From: Candidatus Omnitrophota bacterium
GTDB taxonomy: Bacteria; Omnitrophota; Gorgyraeia; Zapsychrales; JANLHA01
DNA length: 64,000 nt
Assembly (NCBI GenBank): GCA_023247795.1
Contig: JAHFFT010000004.1
Coordinates: 9,739-73,738 of the forward strand
Direction of reading: 5' to 3'
Each line of letters begins with the position of its first letter. Position 1 is the stretch's first letter. The notes beneath the pieces were generated by a model. The model had not been told where the DNA came from. It ran no database searches and saw only the letters and a program-made list of their open reading frames with translations. Shown in pieces: positions 37,641-47,586 of this stretch. A program made the position numbers and the translations under genes.

Positions 37641-38402
37641 TTATTGTGGCAAAACATAACCGTATTTTTTAAAAATTTCTCCGGCCGCATTGGAATAAAG
37701 AAAATCAAAAAATTTTTTGGCGTCTTCCAAATTTCCTTTCCGCGCCTGTTTGAGGATGACAACACCCTGCGCGATCGGTTCATAAGCGGCCTTTTCGATT
37801 TCGATCCATTGCCCCTGATCCTTCATGTTGGGGGCCAGCACAATCGATTTGGCTGTCACGCCAACATCAGCGGCTTTGGACATGATGAATTGATTCGTCT
37901 GCGCGACGCTTTCACCGTAAACAAATTTTTTGTTGACCTTCGAATAAAGATTGTAATATTTGATCGCGTTAACGGCTTGACGCCCATAGGGCGCGGTCTT
38001 AGGAGAGGCAATGGCTATTTTCCCGACGGTGGGATCACCGAGGACCTTGATCCCTTTTGACAGATCCACGCCATTCATCGTCCAAAGCACCAAAGTTCCA
38101 TAAGCGTAAATCTTCGGGGCATTGTACGTGAGACCTTCCTTCTCTAACGTCTGCGGATAATCCATGTCCGCGGACAGAAAAATATCAAATGGCGCGCCGT
38201 TTTCGATCTGTGCCGTAAATTTGCCTGATGATCCAATGATCTGCTTTACGGCAATCCCTGTTTCTTTCTGAAATTCCGCTTTCAGTTCTTCAAACGTGTA
38301 TTGAACATTGGCGGCCACGGCAACGGTCAGATCCCCGGCAAAGGCATACACCGAGGAGCATAAAATAAAAAAAACCGATAACGCAAATGATTTGATTTTC
38401 AT
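37641..38402 (-). CDS. modA: Molybdate-binding periplasmic protein.
   Basis: Signal peptide plus a ModA-like SBP fold (…AANVQYTFEEL…SSG… pattern). Confidence 0.8.
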   Translation of the reverse strand: MKIKSFALSVFFILCSSVYAFAGDLTVAVAANVQYTFEELKAEFQKETGIAVKQIIGSSGKFTAQIENGAPFDIFLSADMDYPQTLEKEGLTYNAPKIYAYGTLVLWTMNGVDLSKGIKVLGDPTVGKIAIASPKTAPYGRQAVNAIKYYNLYSKVNKKFVYGESVAQTNQFIMSKAADVGVTAKSIVLAPNMKDQGQWIEIEKAAYEPIAQGVVILKQARKGNLEDAKKFFDFLYSNAAGEIFKKYGYVLPQ

Positions 38403-38419
38403 GATGATCCTCTGTTATT

Positions 38420-39736
38420 TTAAAATTTAAAAGCCATTTGTGAATAAAACCAATCAACGTCATCATGCGCGCCACTGTCTTTCACATATTCACCGGAAAA
38501 GAAATGCGCGTAACCGGATTCCCATTTGATATTTTTATTAAGATCGTAATACACGCGTAAAGAGAGCTCAGAACCGACAAAATACCCTCTATCGCCACTG
38601 GTTTTTGAACGCACGGCTGTTCCTGATGAGTTATACCAAGAATCAAATTTGCTATTAAGCCAGAAAAAATCGACTTGCGGCGTGAACTTGAATTTCTCTG
38701 TTGGCGAGAATGTCATGCTCACTTCCGGATTCCGCATATTTTGCCAGCGAAAAAAATCTAAAAGCCCATAAAGTTCATGGGTGGATTGATACAATGGTAT
38801 GAAAGTATTATTGACGCTGTCATTGGGATCTTTATCACCGGAGGCCTCATCATAAGCCGCCATCATCTTAGGTTTCCATTGAACAGCTTCCCAACTTTTT
38901 ATCACATCCGCATGAAACGCGTAAGCCTTAATCTCTTTCTTCATAACGGTTGCCGATCCGGTGTGACCGAATTGATACGGCACTTCAATATCCAGGACGG
39001 CACCTTCCGCGATATTGGTTTGCAGCCTCGCTCCGGCGGTATACCGCTGGATGTCATTTCTTCCCTTAATATCTTTCATCTCCAAAAAATAAGTCTCGAC
39101 CAGCGGGGCCATCTTGTGCTTTTGATATCCGCTGTAAATCCCAGTTAAAAATTCTTCCGACCGAGAATTATTGAATTTATCATCATCGTATTTGACATCC
39201 TGACCATAAATCAAATCCGCCCACAAACCAACGTTTTGATAATGAAGCACTCCTCCATCAAAGGCGCGGATGCGATTAGCCCAAACAGGCGCGGCGATCA
39301 ATCTCCCCTTGCCGTATTTCAATTCCTGACGACCGACCTTAATATCAAAATCAGAGCCTAAAATATTGTGCAGGTTCGCGTAAGCTTGATGCAAATCAAA
39401 ATCGTCGACTTGATTGGCGGCCGCTTTAATCTGATAGCCACCCGTTTGGGTATCCAATCCTTCTAAAAAAATATCTGCCTTGGGTTTGAGGTATTCATCC
39501 ATTAAACTCGCTAAGCCGCCCAAACGAAAACGGTGATAGAACTGACTGCCATTGTCTTTGCGGCTTTGATTGAAATCAAAATCTTTTTTATACTCATAAC
39601 GAAATCGCTCTTCACCGGTCATTTTAAAATTCCATCGCGAGAATTCCGGTTTATCATCGGCACAAATTAACGATAGCCTGGTCCAGATCAGTAACATGAA
39701 AATTATTAAAATTTTAAAATTTTTCAAAAATTTCAT
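38420..39736 (-). CDS. Alginate-export (AlgE-like) family outer-membrane beta-barrel porin.
   Basis: Signal peptide MKFLKNFKILIIFMLLIW…, an aromatic-rich beta-strand pattern, and a C-terminal …YSQMAFKF (OMP terminal Phe). ATG at 39736 is preferred over the track start at 39859. Confidence 0.6.
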   Translation of the reverse strand: MKFLKNFKILIIFMLLIWTRLSLICADDKPEFSRWNFKMTGEERFRYEYKKDFDFNQSRKDNGSQFYHRFRLGGLASLMDEYLKPKADIFLEGLDTQTGGYQIKAAANQVDDFDLHQAYANLHNILGSDFDIKVGRQELKYGKGRLIAAPVWANRIRAFDGGVLHYQNVGLWADLIYGQDVKYDDDKFNNSRSEEFLTGIYSGYQKHKMAPLVETYFLEMKDIKGRNDIQRYTAGARLQTNIAEGAVLDIEVPYQFGHTGSATVMKKEIKAYAFHADVIKSWEAVQWKPKMMAAYDEASGDKDPNDSVNNTFIPLYQSTHELYGLLDFFRWQNMRNPEVSMTFSPTEKFKFTPQVDFFWLNSKFDSWYNSSGTAVRSKTSGDRGYFVGSELSLRVYYDLNKNIKWESGYAHFFSGEYVKDSGAHDDVDWFYSQMAFKF

Positions 39737-39749
39737 CTCATCTATCCTT

Positions 39750-40322
39750 TCATTTTTTCGAACGTATTCCGATTGACCAAATGTCCAATACCCCCTCCAG
39801 AGCATCGGCGAAAGAAATCCGCTCCTTCTCCAAAAATTCCGGATTAAGAACCTGATCAATCGCCCCCATATACATCCTTACAGCCAAGGCTGAATTGATC
39901 TTGCGAAACTTTCTCTTTTTGATCCCCTCTTCGATCAAGGCTTTAATTTCGAAAATCTTCTCGTTGCGAAAATTGAGAAAGCGCGTCCACAAATCCGGCA
40001 ATTCGGATTTGATGTCTCCTAAAAAACGCTCAAACCAGGGAGCTAACCGCTGTTGTAGAAAAAAAATATTTTTGGAAATGACTTCAACCGGGTCTTTGTG
40101 ACTTTCCTCTATTAAGGAAAGTTCGTGGTTAATCTCTTTCTCTAACCGGCCGAAAATGGCTTCGGCCATTTCGATTTTACTGGTGAAATGTTTATAGATG
40201 GTGTTCTTGCTCATGACCAAATCCTGAGCGATCTCATCCATCGTCACCTTGCGATAACCGAACTTTAACATCCGGCCCATCGCGGCATCCAGAATCCGTT
40301 CGCGGGTTAAATCTTTCGACAT
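39750..40322 (-). CDS. TetR-family transcriptional regulator.
   Basis: N-terminal HTH RERILDAAMGRMLKFGYRKVTMDEIAQDLVMSKNTIYKHF. ATG at 40322. Confidence 0.8.
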   Translation of the reverse strand: MSKDLTRERILDAAMGRMLKFGYRKVTMDEIAQDLVMSKNTIYKHFTSKIEMAEAIFGRLEKEINHELSLIEESHKDPVEVISKNIFFLQQRLAPWFERFLGDIKSELPDLWTRFLNFRNEKIFEIKALIEEGIKKRKFRKINSALAVRMYMGAIDQVLNPEFLEKERISFADALEGVLDIWSIGIRSKK

Positions 40323-40340
40323 CGCCGCCCCCTTCATAAT

Positions 40341-40375
40341 TAACGTAAAATACTAATTGCGTATTTTTAGTATCC
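40341..40375. promoter_or_regulatory. Candidate TetR operator: overlapping dyads AAAATAC-TAATTGCG-GTATTTT and TACTAA…TTAGTA.
   Basis: Palindromes 20-50 nt upstream of the tetR start. Identified by eye only. Confidence 0.35.
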
Positions 40376-40438
40376 TATATGTTGCGGCGACACTTGTCCA
40401 TAAAATATTGCTGATAGAAATTTGTATGGAGGAACAAT

Positions 40439-40479
40439 AAAAAAATTGCCGGCCACCCCGCCTAAGCGGGACAACCGGC
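40439..40479 (-). terminator. Rho-independent terminator for gap: GC-rich hairpin GCCGGCCACCCCGC-CTAA-GCGGGACAACCGGC followed on the minus strand by a U7 tract.
   Basis: The hairpin lies about 45 nt 3' of the gap stop. The plus-strand A7 run at 40439-40445 is read as a T-tract on the coding strand. Confidence 0.55.
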
Positions 40480-40523
40480 TATTTTATTAAAATGCTAACC
40501 GAGATGTCCTTATTGCTGAAACC

Positions 40524-41627
<1,104 letters not shown>

Positions 41628-41685
41628 TTATTTTCTCTGCGCCGGGGCAACAGGGGACCACACCCCGGGAGTCCAACTCCCCATG

Positions 41686-41703
41686 TTCAACCCCGGGGGT
41701 TGG
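41686..41703. repeat. Palindrome TTCAACCCCGGGGGTTGG overlapping the fmt stop. It encodes the fmt C-terminal residues NPRG*.
   Basis: Same motif as 4914-4931. Confidence 0.7.
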
Positions 41704-42631
41704 TTAATACAGTACCCACGGATATTTTATGGCCGGCAATGAATGTCCTGATCTCCATTGGTTTTGCCGATTCCAGATGGACCTTTTTGATCAACAAGGC
41801 GCCGCGGCCGGCTTGGACAATCACCCCGCCCTCATTGACCTCAATGACCTCGCCGGCTTGTTTGCTCGTCGCTAGGCCTTTGCTCGTTTCCGTCTCTAAA
41901 ATCTTAAGCTGCCGGCCTTCCCAATACGTATAAGCCGAAGGCCACGGGACAAGGCCGCGGACCAGGTTATGGATCTGTGCGGCCGGTAACCGCCAATCAA
42001 TCAATCCCAGCTCTTTGGTTAACTTTGGGGCTAAGCTGACCTGACGATCATCTTGCTTCTTTCGTCGAACCTGCCCTTTTTCAAAAGCAGTTACCGCATC
42101 AAGCAGGATGTCTGCTCCCAATACAGCTAATTTTGTTCTCAACGTGACCGCGTTATCATTTTCTTGGATCGCGATACTCGACTGCGAAACAATATCCCCG
42201 GCATCCATCTGCTCGTTCATTTGGATCACCGTGACACCGGTTTCCTTTTCACCTTTTAGGATCGCCCAATTGATCGGTGCTGCCCCGCGATATTTTGGCA
42301 GTAAAGACGCGTGAACATTGATCGCTCCCAACCGCGGTATGCCCAAAATCCGGCCCGGCAAAATTTGGCCGTAAGCAATCACGATGAAAAGATCAGCTTG
42401 ATAAGACTGCAATTGTTTGGCCCATTTTGGTTCGCTGAAATCCGGCGGCTGCAAACAATCCATCCCCTGCTCTTGGGCCAAAACCTTAATCACGGACGCT
42501 GTTACTTTCAACCCACGGCCCTTGGGCCGATCCGGCTGAGTGACTGCGGCCACGATTTTCTGCCCTGAATCGATCAACTTTTTCAGACTGACCGCTGCAA
42601 AATCATCACTGCCGAAAAAAATGATTTTCAT
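41687..42631 (-). CDS. fmt: Methionyl-tRNA formyltransferase.
   Basis: N-terminal formyltransferase fold (…NVHASLLPKYRGAAPI…) plus a C-terminal tRNA-binding domain. Confidence 0.9.
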   Translation of the reverse strand: MKIIFFGSDDFAAVSLKKLIDSGQKIVAAVTQPDRPKGRGLKVTASVIKVLAQEQGMDCLQPPDFSEPKWAKQLQSYQADLFIVIAYGQILPGRILGIPRLGAINVHASLLPKYRGAAPINWAILKGEKETGVTVIQMNEQMDAGDIVSQSSIAIQENDNAVTLRTKLAVLGADILLDAVTAFEKGQVRRKKQDDRQVSLAPKLTKELGLIDWRLPAAQIHNLVRGLVPWPSAYTYWEGRQLKILETETSKGLATSKQAGEVIEVNEGGVIVQAGRGALLIKKVHLESAKPMEIRTFIAGHKISVGTVLTNPRG

Positions 42632-42656
42632 GTTCTCCTATCCATTCTCATCTAGT

Positions 42657-42688
42657 GTGGGGACAGTCCCTAAAGGGACGGTCCCCAC
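42657..42688. repeat. REP-like hairpin GTGGGGACAGTCCCT-AA-AGGGACGGTCCCCAC.
   Basis: 15-bp arms with one mismatch. Intergenic between the priA stop and the fmt start. Confidence 0.6.
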
Positions 42689-42695
42689 ACCACAT

Positions 42696-44461
42696 TTACG
42701 GATCCACGTTGATCGTAACGATAACACCTTTCTTATTTTTAAACCCACGAATAACCGGCCGGATCCGCTTGATCAACTTCTCCACGAACACGGTCTTTAA
42801 CATTATAGAAAACCGATACTGTTTACGCAACTTGAAGGAACCCACCGCTTGTGGATCAAAGATCTGTTCCTGCTTGGTCAAACATGAAGTTAACGCCGCG
42901 TATAGCTGATTGGCTAAATCAGCAACAACATCTTCTTTTTTTCCTCGAAGCTGGATAGAAATGAAATGTTGATATGGCGGAAATCCTAAGTTCCGACGGT
43001 GTTTCAATTCTTGTTGATAAAATCCCGCAAAATCCGCCTTCCCCACCGACGCCAACGTATATTCCTGGGGCTGATAAGTCTGGATCACCAACTTTTTCTG
43101 CGCCACCTGACGAAAATGCATGAGCAGACTGAAGACCCGATGCGCCGAATGGAAATCAAAACGATTGAGCTCTGAATCAATCGCCAACACGGCCAGCAGA
43201 CGCGGATGAATACGCCGCAAATGTTTCACAACCGCTTGTGTTGCCACAATCACATTGGCCTCTTCAGGAAACCGGGCAGATTCCTGATCAAACCTTGCCA
43301 CTCGCGCGTAAGGAAAAAATTTCTTCAAGTCGGCTTCGACCTTGACCACACTGGCCTGCCAATTCTGCAAACGCCGCTCCTGGTCAGAACCCGCAGCCGG
43401 TGGATAAAAATATTTGATTTGATCGTTACGGGTTTCTTCCCGCGGCCCCTTACGGTTAAAAAAAACCACCACCTTACCGTCGTTGGCCAACGCTTCTTCA
43501 ATGTGATTGATCATCGGGTAAGACAAATACGTTCCTTTTCGCGGTTTATAATTCGCCAGGTCAACGATCGTGGTATCAGCCCATTGCTTATTCAAAAAAA
43601 TCTCGACGCTAATTTTTTTCTTTTTAATTATCCCCCACAATTCAGGAGAAGGGCAGGGACTGACAAACACCACATCACATCCCTCGAATTTCTGACGCAT
43701 AAAAACCACGTCCCGGGTCTGATAGCGTGGAGATTGCTCCTGCTTGTAGGCACTGTTGTCTTCTTCATCCATAACAATCAACCCCAATTGATCGACAGGA
43801 GCAAAAACCGCGGAACGCGTCCCCACCACGACCCTTGATGTTCCGTTTTTGATGCTCGTCCACTGCACCAACTCTTCGCTGGGTTTCAACTTTCTATCAA
43901 TCACCGCGGCGATTACGGCGCACGCGCCTTCAATCATGGATTTGACACTTTCAATCAAATTCACTTCCGGGACCAAGACAATGACGCCCCGGCCTTGCGC
44001 CAAAGCATCTTTGATTTTTTTAAAACAACTGGCCAGCGCCCATCACCCTGCTGATCATGGCACAAAATGGTTTCTCCTTGCTGTTGGGGAACCGGATCAT
44101 CCCGACGAGCAGCAAAGTTTGAGACCGTTTTGCGTCGAAGGACCGCGGGCAGACTGCTTTCAATCGCCTCGCCCCAGGAGCAACCGTAATAATCACTGAA
44201 TGTTTTTGCCAAGGTGAGTTGTGTTGCAGATAGCGCCGGATCAAGTTCGTCGAGAAGTGCCAATACCGGCTTTAAATTTTTGATGGGACTTTGTTTCCGC
44301 AAACCGATCACGTAACCGATCGTTTTACGGAACGCAAACGAAACATAAACCCGCTGCCCTTCTTTGACTTTGTCTCGAAACGCTTCCGGCAAAAAATAAT
44401 CAAACGGCCCTTCGACCGGCAATCCAAGTACAACTTGGGCGATGCGATTGTTCATTTTCAA
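42696..44461 (-). pseudogene. priA: Primosomal protein N' (PriA) split into two ORFs by a -1 frameshift in a 7-nt homopolymer. It also has an atypical Walker A.
   Basis: The N-terminal ORF (44461→43961) ends …ETILCHDQQGDGRWPVVLKK|SKMLW…. Adding one T/A to the T7 run at 44016-44022 gives …VVLKKIKDALAQGRGVIVLVPEVNLIE…, continuous with the 42696..44003 ORF (helicase motif II MDEED, C-terminal Zn/CTD region). GDGRW replaces the canonical GSGKT. Confidence 0.75.
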
Positions 44462-44478
44462 ATGCGGGTTGAATTTGG

Positions 44479-45570
44479 TTAAGATGCTGTGACGAATGCT
44501 GCGATATCTCTGGCCGCATGCGGTTTAGCAAGAACAGCGATTTTTTCTTTAACGGCGGATAATTCGGATTGAGAGACCTGGTAGCGTCGCAGCACTTCTG
44601 CCATCTTATCTATCGGGACATCGCTCAGACCGACGCCATATTCTTTCAAAATTTGAACGTTGTGCTGTTCCTGGCCGGGAATGGCGCTAAAAAATATCAA
44701 GGGCAGTCCGCAGACCAGACCTTCGGAAATGGATAAACCACCCGGCTTGGTGATCATCGCGTCAGCGGCTTTCATCAGTTCGTCCATATTGTCGACCAAA
44801 CCCTGCACTTTGACAAGCTCTCTTTTCCAGCGGCCGAGCCGACGGTAAAGATTTTTGTTGTGTCCGCAGACCACGATGATCTGAAACCCGTCCAAGGCTT
44901 CAATCACCTCATCAATCGGGCCGATGCCGAAGGAACCCGTCGCTACCAGCACGGTAAAAACATCGGGCTGCAATCCCAGACGGCGGCGTAAGGCCGAAAC
45001 ATCGACCGATTCCGCGAAGCGATGGTCGGTCGGAATGCCGGTGACTTTGATCTGACCAGCCGCGACCCCCAGTAGCTGCAATTTTGTCTTTGTCCGGTCG
45101 CAAGCCACCGCGTAGAAATCGATCCCCTTTGACACCCAGATGCTGTGGACATCAAAATCGGTAATGACCGCTATGACTTGCGAATGGATTTTGTCGCTCC
45201 GTTTCAAATAAGAAGCCACTTCGTTGGGAAAAAAGTGGGCTGAATAAATTTGATCAAACTGCTCTTTGATCAAAAACTTGTGCAAACCAAAACCCATGAC
45301 GGAATTTTGCGTCCGTCGAAGGAACCTGACAACCGGCCCAAACCATTTTTGATCCAACAGTTCAAACACCACTTTCCAAATCCAAGGGAAATGAGAAATC
45401 ATCACCGTGTAGGAACCGCTGTAAAACGGTTTATACCCTTTGCAGGTATGGTCAAGCGCATCGACGATCCGGACATCATGGGACCCTTGTTTTTTGAGTT
45501 CGGCAAAAATGGCCTCAGCGGCTCGACGATGGCCGGCACCAGCGGTTGCGTGAATCACCAATATTTTCAT
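44479..45570 (-). CDS. MGDG-synthase-like / UgtP-type diacylglycerol glycosyltransferase (GT28).
   Basis: N-terminal MGDG_synth domain (…HATAGAGHRRAAEAI…) plus a C-terminal GT28_C domain. Confidence 0.75.
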   Translation of the reverse strand: MKILVIHATAGAGHRRAAEAIFAELKKQGSHDVRIVDALDHTCKGYKPFYSGSYTVMISHFPWIWKVVFELLDQKWFGPVVRFLRRTQNSVMGFGLHKFLIKEQFDQIYSAHFFPNEVASYLKRSDKIHSQVIAVITDFDVHSIWVSKGIDFYAVACDRTKTKLQLLGVAAGQIKVTGIPTDHRFAESVDVSALRRRLGLQPDVFTVLVATGSFGIGPIDEVIEALDGFQIIVVCGHNKNLYRRLGRWKRELVKVQGLVDNMDELMKAADAMITKPGGLSISEGLVCGLPLIFFSAIPGQEQHNVQILKEYGVGLSDVPIDKMAEVLRRYQVSQSELSAVKEKIAVLAKPHAARDIAAFVTAS

Positions 45571-46199
45571 TTTCGCTTCGCAAACTTTACGGGTTTTCTT
45601 GCGGTAAGAAGCGGACGGGACGTTTTTTTGCGAGGCGCCGGTTTACCGTTGCCATCGAGGATAACTTTGACGGCCTCCAAAAGGTCTTTGGTGATGGTGT
45701 CCGGATGGACTTTCCATTTTCGCATATACCGACGATCTTCGCGTCCAGAGAGAACAAAGATCGTCTTGCAACCGGCATTATGTCCGGCAAGGATGTCGGT
45801 CTCGGTATCACCGACAAAATAAGTTTTTCCAGCCGACCGTAAATTTTTATTCATCGACCGCAGGGCCTCACGAATAAAACCAATGCCTGGCTTACGGTAA
45901 TCGCAGTGTTGTCCGCCGCGGGCAATGGCATAATAAACCCGGTCGATCTTGCCGCCGGCCCTCTCCACTTCACGGAACATCTTGATCGTAATCTGGCTGA
46001 GTTTGTTCTGGCTGTAAACACCCTTCTCGATGCCAGCCTGATTGGAAATCACGACGATCTTGTAACCAGCCTGGGTCAAACGCTGGATGGCCTCGAGCGA
46101 GCCAGGGATGAAATGAAAATCCTTAGCACGGGTAACGTAATTGCCGTTTCCCGGGAATTTATTGATGACACCATCGCGATCTAGGAAGACTAATTTCAT
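45567..46199 (-). CDS. gmhB: HAD-IIIA phosphatase (D,D-heptose-1,7-bisphosphate phosphatase GmhB-like) with a basic C-terminal tail.
   Basis: The MKLVFLDRDGVIN motif and …GDTETD…. Confidence 0.75.
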   Translation of the reverse strand: MKLVFLDRDGVINKFPGNGNYVTRAKDFHFIPGSLEAIQRLTQAGYKIVVISNQAGIEKGVYSQNKLSQITIKMFREVERAGGKIDRVYYAIARGGQHCDYRKPGIGFIREALRSMNKNLRSAGKTYFVGDTETDILAGHNAGCKTIFVLSGREDRRYMRKWKVHPDTITKDLLEAVKVILDGNGKPAPRKKTSRPLLTARKPVKFAKRK

Positions 46200-46333
46200 T
46201 GCCTTTCTCTAAAATCAAACGCTGTCAAGCTTTTTTTATGGACGTGGGGTCAGCGAGGAATTGCGCTCAAACCCGTATAAGTATAATTGAAAAACAATGG
46301 CGGGATCAATGGAAATAGGAAGTTTTTTCAAAT

Positions 46334-46366
46334 CTGGGGGACAGCCCCTGAAGGGGCCGTTCCCAG
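46334..46366. repeat. REP-like hairpin CTGGGGGACAGCCCCT-GA-AGGGGCCGTTCCCAG.
   Basis: Imperfect member of the GGGGAC-N-GTCCCC family; intergenic. Confidence 0.5.
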
Positions 46367-46383
46367 TCTTTCGATCTTACTTT

Positions 46384-47487
46384 TTACACCAACTCGGCCA
46401 GCGTTTGACAAACATAATCCACTTGTTCCTGGCTCATGTGCGGGAACATCGGCAATGATAAAACCTCTTCACAAAGCTGTTCGGCAAACGGCAAATCGCC
46501 TTTTTTGTATCCAGCGTCGATGTAAGCCTCTTGCAGATGCAGCGCGATTGGGTAATGGATGAGAACGTCGATCCCGCGCTTTTTCATTTCTTCCATGATC
46601 TTGTCGCGTTTCTTAAGCCGCACGGCAAAGGTCTGGAAGACATGGCTGCGATCAGATTTGATTTTCGGCAGGCCCACCTTACCTTGCAGTTTTCCTAATC
46701 CTTTGAAGTACCGCTCAGCGACTTTATTGCGTAGGCAGTTCCATTCATCCAGATATTTCAACTTCTCGGCGAGGACCACGGCTTGCACGGTATCCAAACG
46801 CGAATTATATCCCTTGATCGAATGTTCATACCGGTTCTTCCGGCCATAATCGCGCAGCATGGTCACTTTTTCAAAAATCTTCTGATCATTGGTCACGACC
46901 ATTCCCCCGTCGCCAAATCCGCCCAGGCTCTTCGTCGGATAAAAACTAAAGCAACCGACCTGCCCCAACGACCCGGCCTTTTTCCCTTGATACGTGGCCC
47001 CATGCGCCTGACAGGCATCTTCGATGACCGCAATGTTTCGTTTCGCGGCCAGCGCGTTGATTTCCTTCATATTCGCGGCTTGACCATAAATATGGACGGG
47101 GATGATCGCTTTCGTCTTACTGGTAATGGCTTTCTTTACACCGTCAGGATCCAGATTATACGTTTCCGGTTCACTGTCCACAAACACCGGCTTAGCTCCG
47201 GTATAAGAAACACAAAGCGCTGTGGCGATGAACGTAAACGTCGGCAAAATCACTTCGTCGCCGGGCTTGATGTCTAAAGCCGACACCGCCAGATATAGCG
47301 CGTCAGTTCCGGAGTTAACGCCCACTCCATGCTTACAACCGCAATAGCGGGCAAAATCCTTTTCAAAATCCTGGGCCTCTTCTCCAAGAATAAAATTGCC
47401 CTTTTCAAAAACGGCATTGAGACCTTTATGCATTTCGGTCTTGATGGTCTCGTATTGGGGACGAAAGTCAATGAACGGAACTTTCAT
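46384..47487 (-). CDS. DegT/DnrJ/EryC1/StrS-family PLP-dependent sugar aminotransferase.
   Basis: 367 aa with an AAT fold-I (…GVNSGTDALYLA…, …YPTKSLG… Lys region). Confidence 0.85.
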   Translation of the reverse strand: MKVPFIDFRPQYETIKTEMHKGLNAVFEKGNFILGEEAQDFEKDFARYCGCKHGVGVNSGTDALYLAVSALDIKPGDEVILPTFTFIATALCVSYTGAKPVFVDSEPETYNLDPDGVKKAITSKTKAIIPVHIYGQAANMKEINALAAKRNIAVIEDACQAHGATYQGKKAGSLGQVGCFSFYPTKSLGGFGDGGMVVTNDQKIFEKVTMLRDYGRKNRYEHSIKGYNSRLDTVQAVVLAEKLKYLDEWNCLRNKVAERYFKGLGKLQGKVGLPKIKSDRSHVFQTFAVRLKKRDKIMEEMKKRGIDVLIHYPIALHLQEAYIDAGYKKGDLPFAEQLCEEVLSLPMFPHMSQEQVDYVCQTLAELV

Positions 47488-47518
47488 GAAAAACCAACCT
47501 TTCTTTAATAGTTACATG

Positions 47519-47586
47519 TCTCCAGTCTCAAGTGACAAGTAACTTGTGACATGGAACTTAAGACTTGTCACTTGAAACTGGAGACT
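47519..47586. repeat. Inverted repeat with 21-bp arms (CTCCAGTCTCAAGTGACAAGT / ACTTGTCACTTGAAACTGGAG, one mismatch) containing three ACTTGT(C/G)AC-type half-sites.
   Basis: It spans the GT9 stop codon and the GT9-to-aminotransferase intergenic spacer. Confidence 0.55.

Noticed and set aside
38403-38419. Moco riboswitch upstream of modA or the porin
   Set aside because: Intergenic spacers in the operon are only 13-17 nt, and the tetR leader shows no Moco-like conserved stems. There is no room for a roughly 130-nt riboswitch.
44020-44244. 74-aa ORF inside priA (…AMISRVMGAGQLF)
   Set aside because: It is the third frame across the frameshifted priA region. MGAGQ is not a P-loop, so it does not rescue the missing Walker A.
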